From the sequence record MW749004.1: a stretch of 24,000 bases of DNA; one strand, written 5' to 3'. This DNA comes from Hafnia phage vB_HpaM_Zyzzx. Shown here one piece after another: positions 9,170-17,200 of the stretch. Made by a program: the position numbers and the translations under genes. Numbering within the stretch: the stretch's first letter is position 1; every line of letters starts with the position of its first letter. Under the pieces are notes generated by a model. It made no database searches, was not told the origin of the DNA, and saw only the letters and a list, made by a program, of their open reading frames with translations.

Positions 9170-9709
9170 ATGGCTGCTAATGGTTCTGCTTCTCTAATGA
9201 TGATTTGTAGTGAATTGATTAATACTCAATCTTTTGAAGAAAGAGCGGAGTTCATTGAAACATACCGTCCAAACTATGTTCGTTCAGAAAGTTTGCGTCA
9301 GTCTGATGTTTACAAGCGTAGACGTTATCTGCATAAACATGTTCGTCGTCGTCATGTAAGACTGGCAACTTCATTGTTTACCGTTGATAATGTTTACGAA
9401 CATTTTGTTTTCAAGAACACGGTAGCCATTCTTAATAAGATGTATGGGACAGCACACTTCACAATAGGGCATCATATCCCACTAGGAAGAGGTGGTCACC
9501 ATCACAGGACAAATTGGTTTATACAGTTAGGTAAAGAAAACCATCAATTAGGTAATGAAGTACCTAAACAACGTAATAAAATGGGCTTCAAGTCTCAAGT
9601 TAAATACTTAAAAGACTATATGAAGAAGCACGAAGAAAAGTATCAACCACTGGTTGACTTGAAAGAAGAACTTGAATATCATCTTGAATTATTAAAAGAA
9701 GTCTACTAA
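9170..9709 (+). CDS. HNH-endonuclease-like protein
   Basis: FTIGHHIPLGRGGHHHRTNWFIQLGKENHQLGN resembles a His-Me finger/HNH motif (HHxPxxxGG...N...N). Confidence 0.55.
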   Translation: MAANGSASLMMICSELINTQSFEERAEFIETYRPNYVRSESLRQSDVYKRRRYLHKHVRRRHVRLATSLFTVDNVYEHFVFKNTVAILNKMYGTAHFTIGHHIPLGRGGHHHRTNWFIQLGKENHQLGNEVPKQRNKMGFKSQVKYLKDYMKKHEEKYQPLVDLKEELEYHLELLKEVY

Positions 9710-9721
9710 GGAGCATTTAAA

Positions 9722-10069
9722 ATGAGCACAATCAAAAAAGGTATCCGTAATACTCGCCGTCTTCAAATCTACAGTCTGTCTGCATTTATGATGGAAGAGT
9801 ATGAAGCTATCTTTTGTGGAAATGGCTATCATGATGGGCAGAACTTTATCCCATTTGATGAAGCAGTTCGACGTTACAACACTAAAGAGGGAGATATCCC
9901 TAAAGGTGTAGGTCTTGAGAAAGTCCACCTAGTGTTGAGCAAGAAGGATAAGAAAATCATCTGTAAGCAACACCTAGTTAAACTGCATCCACGTCTACGC
10001 GAGTTCATTGCAGAGTTGGGTTCAAAAGATGTATTCTCATTCCTCAAGAAAGTCAATCTAGCACAGTAA
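9722..10069 (+). CDS. Hypothetical phage protein
   Basis: 115-aa ORF with RBS TAAGGAGCA. Confidence 0.7.
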   Translation: MSTIKKGIRNTRRLQIYSLSAFMMEEYEAIFCGNGYHDGQNFIPFDEAVRRYNTKEGDIPKGVGLEKVHLVLSKKDKKIICKQHLVKLHPRLREFIAELGSKDVFSFLKKVNLAQ

Positions 10070-10080
10070 TTCTTTATAAG

Positions 10081-10103
10081 GGGGTCTATTCAGACCCCTT
10101 TTT
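10081..10103 (+). terminator. Intrinsic terminator
   Basis: GGGGTCT-ATTC-AGACCCC followed by TTTTT. Confidence 0.9.
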
Positions 10104-10120
10104 CGTATCTAAATATCTTC

Positions 10121-10170
10121 TGTAAAGAGTTGTAAAGACTCTTCCTTTCCAAAACCACATCACGTATAGT
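10121..10170 (+). promoter_or_regulatory. Promoter-like region with tandem TGTAAAGA boxes and TATAGT -10
   Basis: TGTAAAGAGTTGTAAAGACT (boxes at 10121 and 10131), TATAGT at 10165-10170. Confidence 0.6.
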
Positions 10171-10202
10171 TATCTCATCGAAACGCAAGAGAGGAAAACA
10201 AA

Positions 10203-11096
10203 ATGAAAGCAACGTATCAAGTTATTATTCAGAATTGTGAAGGTGAGAACTTTGGTATTGATGTTGAAGAAATCAAGTTTCCAAGTGGTGAGGTAGCAAT
10301 ACACTTAGAAGAAGGTTCTTTAGCAGCTTGTGGTGGAATTACCCGTTTCATGATTATCACACGTGGTTATGAACCAGACCAACTTTTCAAGATTGCTCTG
10401 ATTAAAGACGCTTTGCAGGGGATGGTTCTTATCGACCAACCATTAATCATGCAAAACCATTGGGTACTAGTTTTACCATATTTACCAAATGCACGTTATG
10501 ACCGTCGAATGGTTGAAAATGATGCACATGCTTTGAAGGTTTATGGTCAGATGCTGAACTCTTTAGGGTTCAATGAAGTTTTATCATATGATGCACATAG
10601 TTATGTAGCACACTCATGTATTGAGAACTTTAACCATGTACCTGTTTGGAGCTTTATCCGTGGGCTTGATAAGGTTCACAATATCAGTGAAGAGTACACA
10701 GCTTTGGTAGCACCTGATGCGGGTTCTACTAAGAAAGTTGAAAAGGTTGCTGATGAATTAGGTCTTCCAGTTGTACAAATGACTAAACGCCGTGACCCTT
10801 CAACCGGACAGCTTTCAGCACCTTTTGTATTACATGGTTTAGAACATTTGAAAGGTGGTAAGCTTTTGATTGTTGATGATATTTGTGACGGAGGATACAC
10901 CTTTATCCAAGCAACTCAACTTCTAAAAGTGTTTGATGTAGAGAAAGTTGGCTTGTATGTAACACATGGTATTTTCTCTAAAGGTGTGGATGTACTGTAT
11001 GATGCAGGTATTGATGAAATCTTTACCACTGACACACTACGTCTTCCAGAAGAATTTGATTCACGTGTTAAAGGGTTTCAACTTATTCAGATGTAA
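10203..11096 (+). CDS. Ribose-phosphate pyrophosphokinase (Prs)-like protein; candidate ADPR-PP synthetase (Adps)
   Basis: NARYDRRMVENDAHALKVYGQMLNSLGFNEVLSYDAHS, LVAPDAGSTKKVEKVA, KRRDPSTGQL, LLIVDDICDGGYTFIQA (PRPP-type loop). Confidence 0.85.
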   Translation: MKATYQVIIQNCEGENFGIDVEEIKFPSGEVAIHLEEGSLAACGGITRFMIITRGYEPDQLFKIALIKDALQGMVLIDQPLIMQNHWVLVLPYLPNARYDRRMVENDAHALKVYGQMLNSLGFNEVLSYDAHSYVAHSCIENFNHVPVWSFIRGLDKVHNISEEYTALVAPDAGSTKKVEKVADELGLPVVQMTKRRDPSTGQLSAPFVLHGLEHLKGGKLLIVDDICDGGYTFIQATQLLKVFDVEKVGLYVTHGIFSKGVDVLYDAGIDEIFTTDTLRLPEEFDSRVKGFQLIQM

Positions 11097-11098
11097 GT

Positions 11099-11145
11099 AA
11101 GGTTTTGTAAAGGGGTTTGCAAAGACCCCTTTGAAGAACTAAGAT
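11099..11145 (+). promoter_or_regulatory. 47-nt terminator/promoter-like module, copy A
   Basis: AAGGTTTTGTAAAGGGGTTTGCAAAGACCCCTTTGAAGAACTAAGAT; stem AAAGGGGT/ACCCCTTT, TTGCAA-N17-TAAGAT. Confidence 0.6.
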
Positions 11146-11178
11146 ACATCCATCGAAACAAACAAGAGGAAATAGAAA

Positions 11179-11514
11179 ATGAAAATCACTAAAAACACAA
11201 ACACAACTATCATCAAACTTAATAAGACTGGTAAACTTCTGGATATCGTTCTTATTCAAAATGAAGATAACAGCCGTGCTCAAGGTCAGCCTCTGCAAAT
11301 GGTAGGTTTATCAATCCACTTTGAAGGATTAGAAGAAACATTAAAAGCTTTTAATGAAATGTATGAAGAATTAGGTGATAACTTCTATAACACCTCATTG
11401 AAAGACTTAGAGGAAGACCTTGTTACCATCGTTGGTGAAGAAGACTTCTCAGAAGGTTACGAAGTTATCAACGTTAAACTTGGTGAACTACACGACTTCA
11501 TTGAACGTATGTAA
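11179..11514 (+). CDS. Hypothetical phage protein (acidic)
   Basis: 111-aa ORF with leader AACAAGAGGAAATAGAAAATG. Confidence 0.8.
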   Translation: MKITKNTNTTIIKLNKTGKLLDIVLIQNEDNSRAQGQPLQMVGLSIHFEGLEETLKAFNEMYEELGDNFYNTSLKDLEEDLVTIVGEEDFSEGYEVINVKLGELHDFIERM

Positions 11515-11515
11515 T

Positions 11516-11555
11516 TGTAAAGATTGTTGAAATAGATAAATTAAACAGTTAGTAT
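11516..11555 (+). promoter_or_regulatory. Promoter-like TGTAAAG-N27-TAGTAT
   Basis: TGTAAAG at 11516, TAGTAT at 11550; no hairpin. Confidence 0.45.
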
Positions 11556-11602
11556 AAAGACACTTAAATAACAAACCATTTGATAAACAAGAGGAAACAA
11601 CC

Positions 11603-11968
11603 ATGAAAACCAAAATCGCTACCGTAGACTTCAATGCACCAGTAACTGTACTTTTCACAGAAAATCACTTTGAAGATGTTCTGGCAGTTAAAACTACAGA
11701 AGGTGAGGCTGCACTATTCAACTTAAAAGATGTTATGCAAAATGCTGTCATGCTGCATCATATGGGCATGTTGGATGTTCTGAACTCTTCACTGGTAGAT
11801 ATAGAATTGAAAGTATTCCCTGTAGAGGAAATTATTAAAGACTTGCAAGATACCATTGATGATTCAGATGTTGCAATGAAAATGAAAGATATGATGCTGG
11901 CAGATGTTGTTGAACTTTTTGCAAATCTTGCTGTAGAAAAATTCTTAGAAGATGAATTTGCTCAGTAA
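11603..11968 (+). CDS. Hypothetical phage protein (acidic)
   Basis: 121-aa ORF with leader AACAAGAGGAAACAACC. Confidence 0.8.
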   Translation: MKTKIATVDFNAPVTVLFTENHFEDVLAVKTTEGEAALFNLKDVMQNAVMLHHMGMLDVLNSSLVDIELKVFPVEEIIKDLQDTIDDSDVAMKMKDMMLADVVELFANLAVEKFLEDEFAQ

Positions 11969-11970
11969 TC

Positions 11971-12023
11971 TGTAAAGAGTTGTAAAGGGGTTTGAAAAGA
12001 CCCCTTAAAAGAAATACTATAAT
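11971..12023 (+). promoter_or_regulatory. Tandem TGTAAAG boxes plus hairpin plus -10 (TACTATAAT)
   Basis: TGTAAAGAGTTGTAAAGGGGTTTGAAAAGACCCCTT...TACTATAAT; boxes at 11971 and 11981. Confidence 0.6.
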
Positions 12024-12058
12024 CACATCGAAAACAAATACACAAAAGGAAATAGAAA

Positions 12059-12436
12059 ATGACTACTCCAATCTTTAACCTGAATCGTAAAACTAAAGTA
12101 CAAGCAATCCGTGTCGCTGCTGATAATAAATGGACAGATACTTTAATCATCCACGTAGTAGGAGACCGTGTAACTGGTTACCCTCTGTCTCAATTGGCAA
12201 TGCTACATATGACAAGTGGTGGGGATATTGACCGCACCATTGATGAAATGAATGCTTTTATGAACGAACGTGTCGAAAGTCTTAGTATGGGTCTTGAAGA
12301 AATCACAGTAAGTGCTCAAGAAGCTGATAAAGACGAAACCTTTAAGAAAGCTGTTGAGAACGGTGAAATAACCATTGAAGATTACACCTTTGAAGATTTC
12401 TTAGTTACAATTACCAAAACTATTTTCAATATGTAA
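12059..12436 (+). CDS. Hypothetical phage protein
   Basis: 125-aa ORF preceded by AAAAGGAAATAGAAA. Confidence 0.8.
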   Translation: MTTPIFNLNRKTKVQAIRVAADNKWTDTLIIHVVGDRVTGYPLSQLAMLHMTSGGDIDRTIDEMNAFMNERVESLSMGLEEITVSAQEADKDETFKKAVENGEITIEDYTFEDFLVTITKTIFNM

Positions 12437-12481
12437 GGTTTTGTAAAGGGGTTTGAGAAGACCCCTTTGAAGAACTAACAT
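12435..12481 (+). promoter_or_regulatory. 47-nt terminator/promoter-like module, copy B
   Basis: AAGGTTTTGTAAAGGGGTTTGAGAAGACCCCTTTGAAGAACTAACAT. Confidence 0.6.
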
Positions 12482-12513
12482 AGAGCTACTAAAAACAACG
12501 AAAGGAAGATACC

Positions 12514-14283
12514 ATGAATCAATCAATCTTTAATACTCCTGCACATCTGAACTGTGATGCTTATAAAATCGGTCACTATTTCCAGTATCCAAAAGGTCAA
12601 TCGCGTCTGTTCCTGAACATGACACCACGCTCAGATTATTGGTTTAAAAGTCCATTAGCTGTTGATGGTGTAGTAGTTTGGGGAGTAACCAATCTGGTGA
12701 ACCGTTACTTGAAAGACCACTGGAACAACACCTTCTTTAACCGTGATGAAGATGAAGTTGTAGCAGAATGGGAATTCTACACAGGTGGTGTTTTAGGTGA
12801 TATCACATCTACACATATTCGTGACTTACACCGTTTAGGGTTCTTACCAGTGATGGTTATGTCACCAAGTGAAGGTACAGTTGTCCCTATTAAGACCCCT
12901 ATCTTATTGGTGGAAAGCACTCATCCAGATTTTGCATGGGTAGCTTCTTACTTAGAAGATGTGCTTTCAAATGAACTGTGGAAACCTTGTACAGTGGCAA
13001 CTATTGCACTTCATTACCGTCGCTTGTTAGAAGGTTTTGCAGATGAGACTTGTGATAACAAAGACCACATCCCTTATCAAGCACATGACTTTGCACTGCG
13101 TGGTATGAGTGGTTCTAATGATGGTGGCACTACAAACACTGGTCACCTGCTGTATTTTAAAGGAACTGACTCTTTCCCTGCTGTTTATAACATCCATCAA
13201 GTGTATGGTGGAGAAGTATCAGATATTGCAAGTTCTATTCCTGCAACTGAACATACTGTTATGATGAGTAACATTGCAGCAGCAACTATGGGAATGAGCA
13301 TTGAAGATGTTCCTAAGTGGTGTAAAGACGCAGCAGATAATAGTGAAGACGCTTTCCGTTGCTATGGAGAATACCTGTATCTGAAATCTCTAATGACAGA
13401 TATTTATCCAGAAGGTATGTTTAGTGCTGTTATGGACACATTCAACTACTTCCGTAACTTGACAGTAATCCTTCCAAAATTAAAAGAAGAGATTATGCAG
13501 CGTGAAGGTAAGGTTGTTGTCCGTCCAGACTCTGGTAACCCTCTGAATATTATCTGTGGTTACAAAGTTGCCAGATTCAGTGATGTAAAAGAACAGTTTG
13601 GACTTCCTTCATACATCCCACTGCCTAAAGTTCCAGAAGATATCTGCAAGGACTTAGAGAGTGAGGGTTATGACTTCATCGGGGATGAGCTTATAGATGG
13701 TTCTTACTTAGTTCTTGATGTAAAAACCTATGAAGTTGACCAGATGAGCGGGGAAGAAATCAAAGGTTCTTTAGAGCTACTATGGAAAGTGTTTGGTGGG
13801 ACAGTTAACAGTAAAGGTTACCGTGTACTTGACCCACATATTGGCCTTATCTATGGTGATAGTATCACTCTGGAACGTGCTGATGAGATTCTTTCACGAA
13901 TGAAGGAAATGGGTTTTGCAAGTTCTAACGTAGTGTTTGGTGTAGGTTCATTCACATACAATTACATGACACGTGACACCTTTGGATTTGCTGTTAAGGC
14001 TACAGCTACAACGGTAAATGGTGAAATGTTAATGTTAGCAAAAGAACCTAAGACAGATAATGGCGTTAAGAAATCTGCAAAAGGTTATATCACAGCTACC
14101 TTTGATGTATCTAACCCACGTCACATCACTATGGAAGACACATTGACACGTGAAGAATGGTTGGAAGCTATTCAAGACCCGCAATGCATCTATCGTGCAA
14201 AATTCTTCCAAGGGGTCGCTGATACACCTAAGTACAATGGTGGGTTAAACACTACTCGTAAGTACGCTAAGTTGTTCATCTAA
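12514..14283 (+). CDS. nadV: Nicotinamide phosphoribosyltransferase-like protein (NadV/Nampt family); candidate Namat
   Basis: 589 aa; DAYKIGHYFQYPKG, GMSGSNDGGTTNTGHLLYFKGTDSFPAVYNI, VVVRPDSGNPLNIICGY, GLIYGDSITLERADEIL, FGVGSFTYNYMTRDTFGFAVKATA are family hallmarks. Confidence 0.93.
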   Translation: MNQSIFNTPAHLNCDAYKIGHYFQYPKGQSRLFLNMTPRSDYWFKSPLAVDGVVVWGVTNLVNRYLKDHWNNTFFNRDEDEVVAEWEFYTGGVLGDITSTHIRDLHRLGFLPVMVMSPSEGTVVPIKTPILLVESTHPDFAWVASYLEDVLSNELWKPCTVATIALHYRRLLEGFADETCDNKDHIPYQAHDFALRGMSGSNDGGTTNTGHLLYFKGTDSFPAVYNIHQVYGGEVSDIASSIPATEHTVMMSNIAAATMGMSIEDVPKWCKDAADNSEDAFRCYGEYLYLKSLMTDIYPEGMFSAVMDTFNYFRNLTVILPKLKEEIMQREGKVVVRPDSGNPLNIICGYKVARFSDVKEQFGLPSYIPLPKVPEDICKDLESEGYDFIGDELIDGSYLVLDVKTYEVDQMSGEEIKGSLELLWKVFGGTVNSKGYRVLDPHIGLIYGDSITLERADEILSRMKEMGFASSNVVFGVGSFTYNYMTRDTFGFAVKATATTVNGEMLMLAKEPKTDNGVKKSAKGYITATFDVSNPRHITMEDTLTREEWLEAIQDPQCIYRAKFFQGVADTPKYNGGLNTTRKYAKLFI

Positions 14284-14294
14284 GACAACTATAT

Positions 14295-14315
14295 GGGGTC
14301 TTTTTAGACCCCTTT
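14295..14315 (+). terminator. Hairpin GGGGTCT-TTTT-AGACCCC-TTT
   Basis: 7-bp perfect stem immediately after nadV. Confidence 0.65.
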
Positions 14316-14331
14316 AAAGGAGACCTTTAGA

Positions 14332-14607
14332 ATGCACGTAGAAACGATTGTACGGACAAATATCTCTTTGGAATACCATTATGAGGGTACTGAGGATTTA
14401 AAGTCATACATTAGCTCTGTGGAGGTTTTAAAAGGTATTCATAAAGGGGCTACCCTTACTGTATACGGATGCTTTAAAAACTTCCCAAAACTCTCTAATG
14501 GTGAACTTTTACAAATCCTTACAGAATCAGGTATGGACACAGAAACCACGGAGTATTATTATTCTCCACATCGAAACCAACTAGAGGTAGTGTGGCATGG
14601 AAGATAA
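14332..14607 (+). CDS. Hypothetical phage protein
   Basis: 91-aa ORF, leader AAAGGAGACCTTTAGA. Confidence 0.75.
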   Translation: MHVETIVRTNISLEYHYEGTEDLKSYISSVEVLKGIHKGATLTVYGCFKNFPKLSNGELLQILTESGMDTETTEYYYSPHRNQLEVVWHGR

Positions 14608-14752
14608 TTTTTATTTGACTTATGAGAAAATTTGCAAAGAGTGGTTTCCAAATGGTTTACCAGAAAATGCAAAAGTTCATGTGGAGAGATTTGCTTTTGA
14701 ATTGTACTTAGCAGGGGTTGAGTACGTAATCAAAGAAGTAAGTAAAGACTAA
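14597..14752 (+). CDS. Small hypothetical ORF, 51 aa, absent from the ORF track
   Basis: MEDNFYLTYEKICKEWFPNGLPENAKVHVERFAFELYLAGVEYVIKEVSKD*, overlapping the upstream stop and filling the gap before the rIIA-like gene. Confidence 0.55.
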   Translation: MEDNFYLTYEKICKEWFPNGLPENAKVHVERFAFELYLAGVEYVIKEVSKD

Positions 14753-14772
14753 CAAAGATTGAGGGGGAAGAA

Positions 14773-17127
14773 ATGATTTTACAACACAACTATGAACCTG
14801 TAACACGTAGTTCGAGCTTAGAGACTGCTCAAGCTTCTATTGAAATGACACCTGAAATGTTCAAACTTCTTAGCAGTGGTTTGTATCAGTATAAAGAAAG
14901 GGCTGTTATTCGCGAGTTATCTTGTAATGGTTTAGATGGTCATGCTATGGCTGGTAAGAAGGATGTTCCTTTAGATATTCACTTACCAACTCGTTTTGAA
15001 CCATACTTTGAAGTACGTGACTATGGTATCAGTATGAATCACGAAACTGTGATGAAGATGTACCTGTCTTATGGTGCTTCAACTAAACGAGACACTAATG
15101 ATGCAATTGGTTGCTTTGGGGTTGGTTCTAAATCATTCTTCTCTGTGGCTCAGTCTGCAACGGTTACAGCTTGGATGGATGGTGTAAAACGTCAATACAC
15201 TATCTACATGGAAGAAGGTATGCCACAAGTCACAAAGCTTATGGAAATGCCGTCTGATGAACCTACGGGATTCTCTGTACGAGTGGCTATTCCAAATACA
15301 ATGATTGGGACATTCTTCCAAGAGGCTTGTTATGTTTACAGTTTCTTTGATGTGAAACCTAACTGTAACATCGAGTTAGATTACTATCACAGTGATTATG
15401 AATTGGCTTTGGAAGGTGAGAAGTACAAAGCTTACACTTACCATAGAAAGTCAAGCTGGTCAGAACCTGACATTAAAATTGTTATGGGAGGCGTTGCTTA
15501 TGACTTTGAGCTAGACACAATCTTTGCAGAACGTCAAGAGTTGTGGGAATTGATTGATGAAAATCTTTTCAAAGAATATAAACTTATTGAGATTCATCTG
15601 CCTATTGGTTCTGTAGAGGTAGCTGCATCACGTGAAACTTTGTCATTCACAGAAGAGACTTATGCTTACATTGTAAATGTAATTAAAGAGTTTGCTCAAA
15701 GTGTCATTAAAGACCTACAATCTCAAGTAGATGGGTGTAATACTTTTGCAGAACTTGCAGAACTACGCAATGATTGGAAGAGCTGTTATGAAAAGAAAAC
15801 TCTGGTTTACATTGACAAGAGTCTAGTTTTCCGTGGTAAAACAGTAGCAGATTGGGTTCATATTTTTACGTACCGTCACGTGGAGTTTCGTAAGAATAAG
15901 CTTGGTAAACGCTTCCCGATGCGTAACTATCGTGGTGATGAAGTATGGGATGATTACGGTAAAGTTGTCTATGCACATGATGTTATAGATTTGGGTATGA
16001 GAAAGATTGAGCTACGGGACTTGGAAGGTAAGAAGCCAACCTTATCTCCTGTGGTTGACAAACACTCATACACCCCATTCTCTTGGTATTGGAAAGAAAA
16101 TACTTTTGATACAAACATTTTTGTCATTAATAATCGTACCACTAAATCTGGTACTATTAAGACAACTGGTAATATGCAGATTATGAAAGCAATTGCTCAG
16201 GGATTTTCTACTGAAAAATCTGTGAGTAACCCGACTGTGTGGACTTTCCCTAGCCAGAAGAGTCTATTAGACTTCTTCAAAGGTATTGGAATACCACGTG
16301 AAAGGGTCTTGAAAAATACCTTCTTGTTAGCAGACCACGAAGATTTGTATAAACCAGTTCGTCGTGTAGCTCCACCTGTTAAAATGGTGGTTATTGAAGA
16401 GGGTACAAAGTATGAGGATAATATCTGCATCAATGATGTTAAAGGTCAGCAGTATTACATTCGAACTGTAGGGAATGAGGTGATTAGCTGTGGTATAAGT
16501 ATCTGTAATGATTCTATAATGTCACTGGCACGTATCTTAGGTGGCAAGATTTATGTATTCCGTAAATCTAATTGGAACAAAATTCCAGAAGATTGGGTTG
16601 AGGTCACAGATGAAGTCATTGCTGAAAATCTGTTTAAAGACCCTTACCAACTTTACCGATTATCAATGCGTCTAACACAGAATATGGTACGTGGTTATTA
16701 TCCAAGTTATGATTCTTTACGGATGATTCTTTCTTGGGGTGGTAAGTTCAAAGCACCTTGGATACCATACCGTAGACAAGAAGAGTTTAGCCACATGGAA
16801 GATAATATTCATGTGATTGAGAAGTACCTTGGACGGTTCCACTATGTAGCTATGTCAGACAACTTGTTTGAAGATACCCAAAGTGATGTCTACAGTGTTG
16901 CAGAGTATGTGTTGACATACAATCATCCTGCTAAAGCACGTTACCACGCTATCAAGAACAAATTGAAGAAGAAAATCCAGAAGGATATGGATAAATTTAA
17001 GGAAAGAAACTTCTTGTACAGTTTGATTGATTGGTATAAAGTGTCTTTCAAAGAGGTGGTAGAGAAAGACGGTGGTATCACCATGAAAGGATTAAGTGCA
17101 GAAGCTATTAAGAAATGTGTGTATTAA
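14773..17127 (+). CDS. rIIA: rIIA-like protein (GHKL/HATPase-type N-terminus)
   Basis: VIRELSCNGLDGHAMAGKKDVPLDIHLP, FEVRDYGISMNHETV, IGCFGVGSKSFFSVAQSATVTA (GHKL N/G1/G2-like boxes); followed by an rIIB-like gene. Confidence 0.85.
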   Translation: MILQHNYEPVTRSSSLETAQASIEMTPEMFKLLSSGLYQYKERAVIRELSCNGLDGHAMAGKKDVPLDIHLPTRFEPYFEVRDYGISMNHETVMKMYLSYGASTKRDTNDAIGCFGVGSKSFFSVAQSATVTAWMDGVKRQYTIYMEEGMPQVTKLMEMPSDEPTGFSVRVAIPNTMIGTFFQEACYVYSFFDVKPNCNIELDYYHSDYELALEGEKYKAYTYHRKSSWSEPDIKIVMGGVAYDFELDTIFAERQELWELIDENLFKEYKLIEIHLPIGSVEVAASRETLSFTEETYAYIVNVIKEFAQSVIKDLQSQVDGCNTFAELAELRNDWKSCYEKKTLVYIDKSLVFRGKTVADWVHIFTYRHVEFRKNKLGKRFPMRNYRGDEVWDDYGKVVYAHDVIDLGMRKIELRDLEGKKPTLSPVVDKHSYTPFSWYWKENTFDTNIFVINNRTTKSGTIKTTGNMQIMKAIAQGFSTEKSVSNPTVWTFPSQKSLLDFFKGIGIPRERVLKNTFLLADHEDLYKPVRRVAPPVKMVVIEEGTKYEDNICINDVKGQQYYIRTVGNEVISCGISICNDSIMSLARILGGKIYVFRKSNWNKIPEDWVEVTDEVIAENLFKDPYQLYRLSMRLTQNMVRGYYPSYDSLRMILSWGGKFKAPWIPYRRQEEFSHMEDNIHVIEKYLGRFHYVAMSDNLFEDTQSDVYSVAEYVLTYNHPAKARYHAIKNKLKKKIQKDMDKFKERNFLYSLIDWYKVSFKEVVEKDGGITMKGLSAEAIKKCVY

Positions 17128-17130
17128 TAG

Positions 17131-17159
17131 TTGACAGATAAATTTTAAAGTGGTCTAAT
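17131..17159 (+). promoter_or_regulatory. Sigma70-type promoter upstream of rIIB-like gene
   Basis: TTGACA (17131-17136) - 17 bp - TCTAAT (17154-17159). Confidence 0.75.
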
Positions 17160-17169
17160 AAGGCCACTT
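17148..17169 (+). terminator. Hairpin AAGTGGTCT-AATA-AGGCCACTT overlapping the -10 element
   Basis: 9-bp stem with one G-U pair; no downstream U-tract. Confidence 0.4.
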
Positions 17170-17200
17170 AAACAACGAAACCAAATGAGAGGAAACTACC

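Noticed and set aside
11179-12436. Clear paralogous family of three small ORFs
   Set aside because: Similar size and acidity, but no alignable motif strong enough by eye to claim homology.
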